NCBI GenBank assembly: GCA_040752415.1
Contig: JBFMGU010000023.1
Span: 349-64,348, forward strand
Source: Myxococcota bacterium
GTDB lineage: Bacteria > Myxococcota > JACRCW01
Reading direction: 5' to 3'
DNA length: 64,000 nt
Positions 31,853-41,183 of the stretch are shown here, one piece after another; the first letter of the stretch is position 1; every line of letters starts with the position of its first letter. The position numbers and the translations under genes were made by a program. The notes under the pieces are model-generated. The model was not told the origin of the DNA. It saw only the letters and a program-made list of their open reading frames with translations, and ran no database searches.

Positions 31853-31978
31853 GCGTGCCTATCCCGTGCCCCCGTCCACCAACGTGGGCGCATGGTTGCC
31901 ACGACACACCCGCCTGCCACAACCGCGCGGGGGGCGTGTCGACGAAAAATGAGGGTTACGACGAAGTGCGGCGTGGGC

Positions 31979-32977
31979 TCAGTGGCCCTCCGCCTCCAGC
32001 CAGCGCTCGGCGTCAATGGCGGCCTGGCACCCGCTGCCCGCGGCGGTGATGGCCTGGCGGTAGTAGCTGTCCTGCACGTCGCCACAGGCGAACACGCCGG
32101 AGATGTTGGTCATGGTGGCACCCTTGGCGCCGCCGCGCGTCTTCAGGTAGCCGGAGGCATCCATGTCCAGCACGCCCTTGAAGAGCTCCGTGTTGGGCTT
32201 GTGACCAATGGCCACGAACACGCCACCCGTCGGGAGATCCTTCGACTCACCGCTCTTCACGTTCTTGATCTGCACGCCATTGACGAAGCCCTGGTCGTCG
32301 AACAGGTAGCGCGTGATCACGGTGTCCCACATGAACGCGATCTTGGGATTGGCCTTGGCACGGTCCTGCATCACCTTGCTGGCGCGCAGCGTGTCCCGAC
32401 GGTGGACCACGGTGACCTTGGTGGCGAAGCGGGTGAGGAAGCTGGCCTCCTCCATGGCCGTGTCGCCACCACCCACGACGAGGAGGTCCTTGCCGCGGAA
32501 CAGCGCGCCGTCACAGGTGGCACAGGCGCTGGCGCCACGGTTCTGCGCCTTGTCCTCACCCTCCACGCCCAGCCACTGCGCATTGGCGCCGGTGGCGATG
32601 ATGATGCTCTTGGCGTAGCGCACCTCGTCGTCGGCCTCCACGCGGAAGGGGCGCTTGCTGAAGTCCACGCGCGTCACGTTCTTGCTGATGATCTCCGTGC
32701 CAAAGCGCAGCGCCTGGGCCTTGAAGTTCTCCATCAGCTCCGGGCCGCTGATGCCCTTGGGGAAGCCGGGGTAGTTCTCCACGTCGGTGGTGATCATGAG
32801 CTGGCCGCCGGGAATGTTGGGCACGTCGCCCTCGAACATCAGCGGCTGGAGGTTGGCGCGGCTGGTGTAGAGCGCCGCGGTGTAACCGGCGGGGCCGGAG
32901 CCAATGATGATGACGTTGCGGACCGCGTCCTTGGGGGGATGAGCGAGGGGGGCGGGAGAGGAAGAAGACTGACCCAT
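31979..32977 (-). CDS. trxB: Thioredoxin reductase
   Basis: VIIIGSGPAGYTAALY...CATCDG (redox CxxC)...GVFACGDV, with an N-terminal Ser-rich extension. Confidence 0.95.
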   Translation of the reverse strand: MGQSSSSPAPLAHPPKDAVRNVIIIGSGPAGYTAALYTSRANLQPLMFEGDVPNIPGGQLMITTDVENYPGFPKGISGPELMENFKAQALRFGTEIISKNVTRVDFSKRPFRVEADDEVRYAKSIIIATGANAQWLGVEGEDKAQNRGASACATCDGALFRGKDLLVVGGGDTAMEEASFLTRFATKVTVVHRRDTLRASKVMQDRAKANPKIAFMWDTVITRYLFDDQGFVNGVQIKNVKSGESKDLPTGGVFVAIGHKPNTELFKGVLDMDASGYLKTRGGAKGATMTNISGVFACGDVQDSYYRQAITAAGSGCQAAIDAERWLEAEGH

Positions 32978-33113
32978 GATGAACCTCGGACGGCCCCGTC
33001 CGGACCTGCGCGGCCAGGGGCGGGAGCGTTGGCTGGCGGGGGTTCTAGACGGGTGCCGCGCCCGGCGCCACCGGGTCCGGGCGGATCAGCGCTTTTCCGT
33101 CGTCACCGGGGGA

Positions 33114-36100
33114 TCAGTGGTGGTGATCGAACGCCTGGAAGACGCGGCGGATGTCCGCGGCCTGGCCGCGCACCGGCTTGCGGATGAGGTCCTGCAGGCG
33201 CAGGGGACCCTGGACCTCCACGCCTTCCATCACCGGGCGCTCGCGCGACCAGGGCACCGTGGGCACCGGCCGCTCGACAGGCTGGAAGAGCGCATCGGCC
33301 TCCGGCGCGTCGTACTGGCCGTTGCCGTCGACGTCGACGAACACGGGGTTGGTGAGCGCGAACGGCGTCACGGTGAACTTCAGCGCGGGACGGAGGTTTC
33401 CGTACGGGTTACCACCAAAGCCCAGCGAGCCGGCAATGGCGCCAATGGCGTCGTTGAACAGCAGGGACGGCTCATCCAGCGGCGTGACGACGGGGAAGAG
33501 GCTGTCCCCACCGTGGACCTCCACGTTGATGAAGCTGTCCTCACCCGCGGGCAGCACCACCCGCTCGGCGAACGGGAAGATGCGCTGGTCCACCGGGATC
33601 TCCAACGTCTTCACCGCACGCCCCCCCGCGAAGATCGTGAGCGTCGTGGGACGCACCCACGGCGCGGTGCGCACCTCACCCCGCACCTCGACCGTTCCGT
33701 CGGAATCCGGCGCCACCACGCTGCCCATGGCCCCGCCCTGGACCTGCACGGTGACGAAGGGGCCGTTGGTCATGAGCACGTCCATGGAACGCAAGCTGGA
33801 TACCAGGCCCTGCGCGTCCAGGCGCCCGGGCACGTCGCTGCCGGTGCGCAGGTAGGTGCGGGGATAGCCGGCCTCGTCGTAGAGCGCCTTGTGGCTGTCA
33901 CTGTTGGCCACGCCGGTGGGCTTCACGCCCAGGCGCAGCAGCTTGAACCAGTCGTCGATGACGCCGGGGAATGCGATCTTTCCCTCGCCGTCGCGCATGG
34001 GCTGACCTGGGGCGGGAATGGCAATCCCGGACTCCGGCAGCGGCAGCGGCGGGGGCGGGAGCGGGTCGGGCACGACGTAGGTGTGGAAGTACTCGAAGTG
34101 CTTGCCGTTGAGGACCTCCAGCGTGTCGAACTGGAAGCTGAAGTTCTCCTTGGCGAAGTTGGGATAGTTCAGGGTGTTGACGCCGAGCACCGGGTCGGTC
34201 TGCCCCTCGACGACGGCCGTCTCCTGGTCCCACACGAACTGGTTGAAATACCCGAGGATGGAGTCGCGCGGGTGGTTGACCTGCACCAGCGTGTCGGCGG
34301 GGGAGAGCTGGCCCATGCCCTTGAGCGCGTCGAAGATCTGGCCCGGCGTGCGCGAGGACCACTCGAAGGAGCCGTGCGTGGCGGGCGCGGTGTCGTAGCG
34401 CAGCGGGTAGCCGTTGAAGTGCCCCATCTCCAGCGTGGTGAGCTCCAGGCCGATGAAGCTGTTCATCCAGCTGTTGAGACCGAGCTCCGAGATCGTGGGG
34501 GCGTAGTCGGTCACGTAGTTGTGGTCGGTGCTGACCATGACCTCGATGCCCTCGGCGGCGTAGCTGACGACGCGCGGCTCGATGGCCAGGGAGCTGTCGA
34601 TGCTGTTGACGGAGTGGATGTGGAAGTCCGCGCTGACGTACCCGCTGGTGTCCACCACGCGACGCAACGTGGCCCGCACGTCGCTGACCACGCCGGGGAG
34701 GAGCTCCACCCGCGTCACGCTGAGGTCATACTCCGGGCCGCGGCTGACGAAGACGTCGTAGGTGCCGGGCTTCACGTGGGCGGACACCGCGCCGTCGTGG
34801 GTGATGAAGGCGTCCTCGATGTAGCGGCGCGTCAGCGGATCGTCGTCGTCGGGGATGAAGTCGGTGGTGCGCCAATCCTCGCCGATGCTGAGGTCAAACA
34901 GGTGGGACTTGGGATCCCGGCCCAGCTGGTCCGTGGCGTAGCTGGCCACCAGGGTGACCTTGGCGGGGAGCGGTGCGCCGTTCTCGTCGTTGATGACCAC
35001 GTTGAGGATGGCGGGCGGGGTGACCTTGATCTCCTGGAAGGTCTTGTTGCCGGCGGTGACGGTGACCTTGACAGGCGTGGTGGGGTCGCGCCCCGGCGCG
35101 GTGACGAGCACGCGGTAGTCCCCCGGCGGGAGCGGGATGGTGAAGTTGCCGCCGTCACGCGGGGTGGCCTGGCTCACCGGCTCACCATTGGCATCCAGCA
35201 CGATCACCGACGAGCCCTCGATCTCCGCAAGTGTGAGCCCGTCGAGGACGCGGCCGGTGAGCTCCCCGGTGGTGGTGCCGCGCACGCGGTAGACCTCCGA
35301 CGCAATGGACGCGATGTCCCCGTTCCCCACGACGAAGTAGCGCGTGAAGGAGAAGCTGCTCTCCTCCTCGATCTTGGGCGGGCCCTGCGTGTGGAAGACG
35401 CCGGTGAACGCGCTGGCGATGAACGGGATGAGCATGCGACCGGGCTGCGCGCGCTCCCCGTAGAGTGCGTCGTGCGCCGCCACGAAGTTCTTCTCCGGCT
35501 CCGCGGTGGGCATGAACAGGCCGTAGGAGACGTGCTCGCCCTGGCTGGCAATGAAGTCGGTGATGAGGCCGGGCAGCGCGGGCAGCGCCACCGGCTGCTT
35601 GTAGCGCTCCTCGAGCTGGTAGCGGAGGTCGAAACCGCCGTCGCCGGGGGCGAAGACGTGGTTGCCCGCGCCGAAGAGCAGCACGTCGCCAAACGGGATG
35701 TCCAGGTTGATGTCCTGGAATTTCACGCCCTGGAACTTGTGATCGGTGATGCCGTCGTTGAAGACGGTGGTGGTGACCTCGATGGTGCGACCATTCGCCG
35801 GCAGCCGGTACACGTTCTGGAAGCGCAGGTTGGCCGGGTCGACGAGGGTGTTGTTGATGGTCTCCGTCAGGAAGATGAACTGGTTGGAGTACCCGCGCAC
35901 GATCACCGCGGCGGAGCCGTCGCCCTGGTCGGGGAGGATCTCCATGGCGGGCTCACCGGTGGCCCAGGGCAACGGCTCCATGGCGACGAGGAAGAACGCC
36001 GGGAACATCTCCGCGAAGTTGTCCTGTCCATTGGGACCGTCCTCCTCGCCGGGAGGCAGGGGCCGCTGGATGTCCGCGTCGATGAGGCTGCCGCCGTAGA

Positions 36101-36314
36101 CGCCGAAGCCGCGGGAGAACCCGGGACCCTGGATGATGAACCGCGCGTCGCCGTTCTCGAGGAGGTAGTCGCCGAAATCGCCCAGCGCGTGGGGACCACC
36201 AATGAGGTCCTTCTTGCTGGCAATCTGACGGGCGCGTGCCCCCTGCTTGGCGCCGGGCGGCGTGCAGGAGAGCGCGGTGACGACGAGGGCAAGAGCGAGA
36301 TTCAGGCGGCGCAT
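33114..36314 (-). CDS. Large lipoprotein with PHP-like metal-dependent phosphoesterase motifs and carboxypeptidase-regulatory-like beta domains, hypothetical
   Basis: Start MRRLNLALALVVTALSC (ATG 36314, lipobox). It contains SADFHIHSVNSIDS...VMVSTDHNY His motifs typical of PHP/CehA-type metallo-enzymes, in 1066 aa. The + ORF 32976..36344 is antisense. Confidence 0.7.
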   Translation of the reverse strand: MRRLNLALALVVTALSCTPPGAKQGARARQIASKKDLIGGPHALGDFGDYLLENGDARFIIQGPGFSRGFGVYGGSLIDADIQRPLPPGEEDGPNGQDNFAEMFPAFFLVAMEPLPWATGEPAMEILPDQGDGSAAVIVRGYSNQFIFLTETINNTLVDPANLRFQNVYRLPANGRTIEVTTTVFNDGITDHKFQGVKFQDINLDIPFGDVLLFGAGNHVFAPGDGGFDLRYQLEERYKQPVALPALPGLITDFIASQGEHVSYGLFMPTAEPEKNFVAAHDALYGERAQPGRMLIPFIASAFTGVFHTQGPPKIEEESSFSFTRYFVVGNGDIASIASEVYRVRGTTTGELTGRVLDGLTLAEIEGSSVIVLDANGEPVSQATPRDGGNFTIPLPPGDYRVLVTAPGRDPTTPVKVTVTAGNKTFQEIKVTPPAILNVVINDENGAPLPAKVTLVASYATDQLGRDPKSHLFDLSIGEDWRTTDFIPDDDDPLTRRYIEDAFITHDGAVSAHVKPGTYDVFVSRGPEYDLSVTRVELLPGVVSDVRATLRRVVDTSGYVSADFHIHSVNSIDSSLAIEPRVVSYAAEGIEVMVSTDHNYVTDYAPTISELGLNSWMNSFIGLELTTLEMGHFNGYPLRYDTAPATHGSFEWSSRTPGQIFDALKGMGQLSPADTLVQVNHPRDSILGYFNQFVWDQETAVVEGQTDPVLGVNTLNYPNFAKENFSFQFDTLEVLNGKHFEYFHTYVVPDPLPPPPLPLPESGIAIPAPGQPMRDGEGKIAFPGVIDDWFKLLRLGVKPTGVANSDSHKALYDEAGYPRTYLRTGSDVPGRLDAQGLVSSLRSMDVLMTNGPFVTVQVQGGAMGSVVAPDSDGTVEVRGEVRTAPWVRPTTLTIFAGGRAVKTLEIPVDQRIFPFAERVVLPAGEDSFINVEVHGGDSLFPVVTPLDEPSLLFNDAIGAIAGSLGFGGNPYGNLRPALKFTVTPFALTNPVFVDVDGNGQYDAPEADALFQPVERPVPTVPWSRERPVMEGVEVQGPLRLQDLIRKPVRGQAADIRRVFQAFDHHH

Positions 36315-36533
36315 GGAGGACCCCGGAAAGCCTCCGGTTTGTAGACCCGCCGCGCGCCCGGCACCAGTCCAGCGACGTTCTCCTTTCGACATTTCCGTCC
36401 CGCGCGGCCAAGGTCACGCTTGCTGGACGCGGGCGTTGCTCGTCGTCAGCAGGGCGGATTGTCGTCGGTCTTGACAGGTAGGATGTGCGCTCCTAGCGTC
36501 GCCCACCTGTCCTCTTTCCTCGGAGAGCGTCCC

Positions 36534-36785
36534 ATGACCCGCATCAATCCGAATCAGGTTGCCAACAAGGCCGTCAGCCAGGCCCTGGACAACGGTGTCT
36601 CCGTGCAGACGCTGCGCCAGAACGGCGTGGCCCTGCTGACCAAGCAGCTGCAGATGGACGGCATCCTGCCGCCGGGGATGAGCCAGCAGCAGCTGGACCA
36701 GGTGCGCATGGCGCTGGCCCTGGCCATTGAGCAGCTTGCCGCCAACACGCAGCCCGCCGACGTCACCGGTGGTGTGACGGCCTGA
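36534..36785 (+). CDS. Small helical protein (84 aa), candidate scaffold/precursor peptide of the downstream operon
   Basis: MTRINPNQVANKAVSQALDNGVSVQTLRQNGVALL...ANTQPADVTGGVTA, ATG at 36534. A GC hairpin plus T-run follows at 36798-36838. Confidence 0.5.
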   Translation: MTRINPNQVANKAVSQALDNGVSVQTLRQNGVALLTKQLQMDGILPPGMSQQQLDQVRMALALAIEQLAANTQPADVTGGVTA

Positions 36786-36797
36786 ACCAGTTTCCTC

Positions 36798-36838
36798 CGT
36801 CGGTACCCGCCTTCCTCGCGGGTCCCGACGTTTCCCCC
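36798..36838 (+). terminator. Stem-loop plus T-run (attenuator/partial terminator) between the small protein gene and the enzyme genes
   Basis: CGTCGG(36798-803)/CCGACG(36825-830) and inner ACCCGC(36805-810)/GCGGGT(36818-823), loop CTTCCTC, followed by TTTCCCCC. Confidence 0.4.
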
Positions 36839-36852
36839 GACGGAATCCCCGC

Positions 36853-37350
36853 ATGCCAACCGAGCCGTCCGAGAAGGACCTGCAGCTTGCGCAGGACATC
36901 CTGAACATCTTTGACCAGCAGGACGAGAGCGGCGAGTACCTCTTCCCTGACGAGGAGGTCCGTCACGTCCTGCCCCTGTTGATCCTGGGCTCCGGCCTCA
37001 AGCCCGACGAGTGCAGCCCCGCGGTGCAGGAAGTGCTGGGCGAGTTTGCGCAACTGGCCGGCCTGGACATGAAGGCCTCCGCCGACGAGATCAGCGCGCA
37101 GGTGAAGGCGTTCTACGAGGAGTACCCGCCGGATGAGACGCTGCTGGGCGGCTTGCAGGCGCTGCTGCGCGAGAACGCGGCAGGAATGCAGGAGCTGGCC
37201 AACAAGGCCGCGCAGCGCGTGACGGGGCGGGAGGAAAGCAACGTTCCGCTCTCGGCGCGCAAGCCTGAGAAGGGCGCCGTCAAGGGTGGTGCGCTGGCCC
37301 GCATGAACGTCGACGGCGCGATGAAGAAGAAGGACGCGAAGAAGAAGTGA
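36853..37350 (+). CDS. Acidic helical hypothetical protein (165 aa) with a Lys-rich C-terminus
   Basis: MPTEPSEKDLQLAQDILNIFDQQDESGEYLFPDEE...KKKDAKKK. Its stop overlaps the next gene start (TGATG). Confidence 0.55.
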   Translation: MPTEPSEKDLQLAQDILNIFDQQDESGEYLFPDEEVRHVLPLLILGSGLKPDECSPAVQEVLGEFAQLAGLDMKASADEISAQVKAFYEEYPPDETLLGGLQALLRENAAGMQELANKAAQRVTGREESNVPLSARKPEKGAVKGGALARMNVDGAMKKKDAKKK

Positions 37351-38729
37351 TGTCCGTGCGCGCCCCGACGCGGCGTCTCCCCGAGGATGAAGGCCGGCTG
37401 GCCGCATTCCGCGAGGCGCTGACACGACACGAGGGCGAAGCTGTGGACGCGGTGGAACGCGCGCGCGAGTCCCTGGCCAAGCGAGACCTGCTGCTGCTGG
37501 AGAATCCCGGCGTTCCGCTCCGGCCGCTGTTCATCCCGCGCTCGCGTCTGCAGGCGATCTGCGGCGCGCTGCACCAGAACATGCTCGCCCTGGGGCGCAA
37601 GCTGGACGCGCTTCTCGACGATCCCGCTGCTCTCGAGGAGGCGCTCCCGTTGCCGCGCGAGTGGTGGGACGCCTTGGACGCGCGTGCGAGCCTGCGTCAT
37701 CCCGACTTTGGCCTGGTGCTCCGCCCCGACGGCTTCCTCTACGACGACGCGTTCCTGCTGACCGAGCCCAACATGGGCAACGGCTACCTCATCAGCTGCA
37801 CGTATCCCGACGCAGTGCACGAGGTGTTCGCAAGCTCGCCGGTGTTCGCGTCGCTGGGGTGGGACCCGCATGCGCTGGTGCAGCGGCCTTTGATGCACAT
37901 CCGGAAGATGCTGCGGCGCAAGGTTCCGTCGACGACGACGCGACCGCGCATCGCGCTGCTCTGGCATCACGGCGAGCACGAGATCATCCGTGAATGGAAC
38001 GAGCGCACCCAGGGCATCCTGCGCTACGTGCCGGAGATCCTGCGCCAGGACGGCTGGGACGTGGTGTTCGCGCACGAGGACGAGCTTTCCGTCGACGACG
38101 AGGGAAACGCGCGCCTCAAGGGCGACCAGCGCGTGGACGTGGTGTTCCAGATCCCCATCGGCACGTTCTTCCTCTACGAACCCGCGCGTTTGTCGACGGA
38201 CCTGGCGCATCTCCGCGGTCCCAGCGTGGGAAACGCGCCGCTGCTGCAGCCGCTGGTCCACGTTGGCATCGACAAGGGCACCATGCCCCTGATGGGCACG
38301 CAGGACTGCTGGCCCACGACGACACCCGACGGATTCCGCGTGGACCTGGTCCCCACGCACTACCCCACGCCTGAGCGCGCCGCGGAATACCGGATGCGCA
38401 AGGACGCCTGGGTGCTGAAGCGCAGCTTCGAGGGGAAGGATACGCACGTGGGCTGCGCCACGCATGGTCGAGTCTGGAACCGCACGCTGCAGACGGCGTT
38501 GAGCACGGCGGAGTACGTCATGCAGCCGTACGTGCCCATGAGCGTGGCGGACATTCCCGTCGTCATGGATGGGCGCGTGGAGTGGGTGGAGAGCAGCGTG
38601 GAGCTGTCCCTGCTGATCATCGACGGTGCGTTCGCCGGTGGCTTCGCGCGGTTCCTGCCGGCTGCCGACGGAGTGGTGCTCTCCCCTCCCCCGCCCGGCA
38701 TGGGATTCACCCTGGTGATGGACGTGTGA
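37350..38729 (+). CDS. Glutathionylspermidine-synthase-like / circularly permuted ATP-grasp family ligase (paralog 1)
   Basis: LLLLENPGVP resembles the LLExNADTP motif of GspS/YgiC-type enzymes, and DAWVLKRSFEGKDTHVG resembles their YVVKPxxxREGxxV ATP-binding loop. 459 aa. Confidence 0.65.
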   Translation: MSVRAPTRRLPEDEGRLAAFREALTRHEGEAVDAVERARESLAKRDLLLLENPGVPLRPLFIPRSRLQAICGALHQNMLALGRKLDALLDDPAALEEALPLPREWWDALDARASLRHPDFGLVLRPDGFLYDDAFLLTEPNMGNGYLISCTYPDAVHEVFASSPVFASLGWDPHALVQRPLMHIRKMLRRKVPSTTTRPRIALLWHHGEHEIIREWNERTQGILRYVPEILRQDGWDVVFAHEDELSVDDEGNARLKGDQRVDVVFQIPIGTFFLYEPARLSTDLAHLRGPSVGNAPLLQPLVHVGIDKGTMPLMGTQDCWPTTTPDGFRVDLVPTHYPTPERAAEYRMRKDAWVLKRSFEGKDTHVGCATHGRVWNRTLQTALSTAEYVMQPYVPMSVADIPVVMDGRVEWVESSVELSLLIIDGAFAGGFARFLPAADGVVLSPPPPGMGFTLVMDV

Positions 38730-38732
38730 TGC

Positions 38733-41183
38733 ATGCGTGAAGCGCCGCCTCTCGTCGCGTTGGAGCATGGCTGGTCCCTGTGGCCGACCTTCGAGCTTCG
38801 CGGCGCAGGCTTCCCGGTGGCGCTCCTCGATCCGCTGCATCATGCACCGCTGATTGAAGCCGTGACGACGGTGGAAGCCGCCCGTTCCCGTGCCAGTGAG
38901 CTGCGGGCCGTGGCGATGCGTGCGCTGCAAACCGCGCGGCAGTCCAGTGGCGACCGCAAGGCGTGGAACGCGTTCACCGACGAGGTGCGGCGCGGCACCC
39001 GAAACGTGACGACGGGGAGTCCGGAGGTGGACCCTGCCCTCCGCGCCCTCGATCACGCCCGCGACGAGCTGGCCAACGCGGAAGCGGCGGTGGAATCCGC
39101 GTGGGCCGCGTGCCTCGAGACCACCGACGCGAAGCTGCGGGAATGCGCGCTGTCGTCGGATTTTCGCCGGGCCGTGTTGTTGCAGAACCGCGGCGCGCTT
39201 TCCGGCGGCATCGACGCGTGGCTGCGCACAACACCGGGTACCGAGGATCACACCGCGCGGCGTGCGCGTCTCGCCGTCACCAGCTACCTGCAGCGCTACA
39301 CGACGAAGAATGACACAGTGGGCTTCTTTGGTCCGGTGGGCTGGGGCCATTTTGTCGACGACGCCAACGCGCTGACCCAGCGGGCGGGCCCCGCGCTCGT
39401 GGACCGGACTGCGGTGCACCTGGAGCCGTGGGCTGTTGCCGCGGTGGCGGATGCGGTGCTTCCGTCGGTGATGGACCGCCTGGTTCCTACGCTGTCACCC
39501 CGCGTGCGCCTCGAGGGAACCGAGCTTCACGGCGTTCCCACCCGCTCGCTGCGAGGGACACGCACGCTCACGCCGGCCATGCGCGAGTTGCTGGAACGGG
39601 TGGACGGTCGGCGGACCTACGCGGAGATCGCCGGTGACGACGAGAAACGCGCACGGGTACAGGAGCTGGTGCAGCAAGGGGTCGTCCGGCTGCGACTTGA
39701 TGTGCAGGTCACCACGTCTCCACAGGACGCACTGTGTCGGCAGCTGGACGCGCTCGGCGCGGTCGAGGCGAGGAACACGGTCCGCAGCTTCACCGGCGCC
39801 CTCGATGCGGTGCAGGCCCACGTCCACGACGACAAATCGCTGGGCCCTGCGCTGCAGACCCTGGACGAGCGCTTTGCCTCCATCACCGGGCGCGAGGCCA
39901 CGCGACATGCCGGTCAGACCTACGGGAGCCGCACACTGATCTACGTGAACTGTCGGCGAGATCACGAGCTGCATCTGGGCAAACCGGTCCTGGCCGCATT
40001 GCGTTCACCGATGAGCTTGCTTCTCGTCGCTGCGCGGTGGTTCACCTACGAGGTCTCCCGCGGCTTCCTGCGCGAGCTGCACAAGATCCACGCCAGCCTC
40101 TCGCGCGTCATGGGCCCGCGCGTTCCGCTGCTGCACGTCTATCACCGTCTCATTCCGCTCTTCGCGCATCCTCCCGCCACGTTCATCGCCGACGCGCGTC
40201 GACGCACGGAAGCCCGCTGGACCGAAGTGCTGGCGCTGCCGGATGGGGAGGCACACGTCGTGGAGCTGGATGCGTCCACGCTGGGCCCGCGCGTCCGGGA
40301 TGCCTTTGCTGCTCCGCACCCGGGCATGCCCAGCGCGCGACACCACTGCCCGGATGTCCTGTTCTGTCGTCGTGAGGATGGCTCCTTGATGCCGGTTCTC
40401 GGCGAGATCCACGCCGGTGTGAACACGCTCGCCGTGCTGCAAGCGGTGGACATGTCGCGGGATGCGGACGAGTTGCGGGCGCTCTACCGTCGGGACCTTC
40501 CGCCGCCGGTGGTCTCCGAGCTGCAGCACGAGGACTACGCACTGTGCGCGCATGACTCCCTGCTCGACGCGGGCGATCTCCACGTGGACACGGGCTCTCG
40601 TTACATCTCGTGGCTTCCGCCGGAGCGCACGGTGCTGCTGTCGGACCTGGATCTCGTCGTAGAGGACGGGTTCCTGCGTGTGCAGTCCAACCGCGACGGC
40701 TCCGTATTCGACGCGCTCCACCTGCTCGAGCGCATGGTCCGCCTCAACGCCACCACCGAGTTCCACCTGCCCGTGCGCGCCCCGCACCAGCCGCGTGTCG
40801 TCGTCAATGGCGTGGTGCTGATCCGGGAGACGTGGACCCTGCAGCGGGACGCGTTCGAGTCGTTGGTCGACGCCACCGGTCCCGCGCGCATGCGGGCGGC
40901 GCACGCGTTGCGCCACACGCACGGAATGCCGCGTCACCTGTTCGCGCGAACGCCCGGGGAGCACAAGCCGCTGTACGTCGACGTGGAATCTCCGGCGAGC
41001 CTGGAGGTGCTGGTGCGTGCGCTGCGCGAGGCGCCCTGGGTCAAGCTCTCGGAGATGCTCCCCGCGCCGGAGCACGCGTGGCTTCTGGATGCGCGTGGGC
41101 AGCGGTATGTGTCGGAGTGTCGGATGGTGGCGGTGGACCCGGTGCCCGCGCGCCCGATCTCCGTGGAGGAAGCGCTGGCATGA
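38733..41183 (+). CDS. LanB N-terminal (glutamylation) domain-like protein lacking an elimination domain: candidate PEARL (peptide-aminoacyl-tRNA ligase)
   Basis: 816 aa. The N-terminus WSLWPTFELRGAGFPVALLDPL and the internal TKNDTVGFFGPVGWGHF resemble the Lant_dehydr_N conserved core. No SpaB_C-like C-terminal domain or partner ORF is present nearby. Confidence 0.65.
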   Translation: MREAPPLVALEHGWSLWPTFELRGAGFPVALLDPLHHAPLIEAVTTVEAARSRASELRAVAMRALQTARQSSGDRKAWNAFTDEVRRGTRNVTTGSPEVDPALRALDHARDELANAEAAVESAWAACLETTDAKLRECALSSDFRRAVLLQNRGALSGGIDAWLRTTPGTEDHTARRARLAVTSYLQRYTTKNDTVGFFGPVGWGHFVDDANALTQRAGPALVDRTAVHLEPWAVAAVADAVLPSVMDRLVPTLSPRVRLEGTELHGVPTRSLRGTRTLTPAMRELLERVDGRRTYAEIAGDDEKRARVQELVQQGVVRLRLDVQVTTSPQDALCRQLDALGAVEARNTVRSFTGALDAVQAHVHDDKSLGPALQTLDERFASITGREATRHAGQTYGSRTLIYVNCRRDHELHLGKPVLAALRSPMSLLLVAARWFTYEVSRGFLRELHKIHASLSRVMGPRVPLLHVYHRLIPLFAHPPATFIADARRRTEARWTEVLALPDGEAHVVELDASTLGPRVRDAFAAPHPGMPSARHHCPDVLFCRREDGSLMPVLGEIHAGVNTLAVLQAVDMSRDADELRALYRRDLPPPVVSELQHEDYALCAHDSLLDAGDLHVDTGSRYISWLPPERTVLLSDLDLVVEDGFLRVQSNRDGSVFDALHLLERMVRLNATTEFHLPVRAPHQPRVVVNGVVLIRETWTLQRDAFESLVDATGPARMRAAHALRHTHGMPRHLFARTPGEHKPLYVDVESPASLEVLVRALREAPWVKLSEMLPAPEHAWLLDARGQRYVSECRMVAVDPVPARPISVEEALA

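Noticed and set aside
28457-33187. ORFs 28457..30367 (-) and 30350..33187 (+, 945 aa)
   Set aside because: They are the antisense of the GMC oxidoreductase, glgA and trxB genes.
32976-36344. 1122-aa + ORF
   Set aside because: It is the antisense of the 1066-aa PHP-like lipoprotein gene, and has a very high Arg/Gly/Val/Asp/His content.
37113-39419. 768-aa minus ORF
   Set aside because: It is the antisense of the ATP-grasp-like and LanB-like genes.
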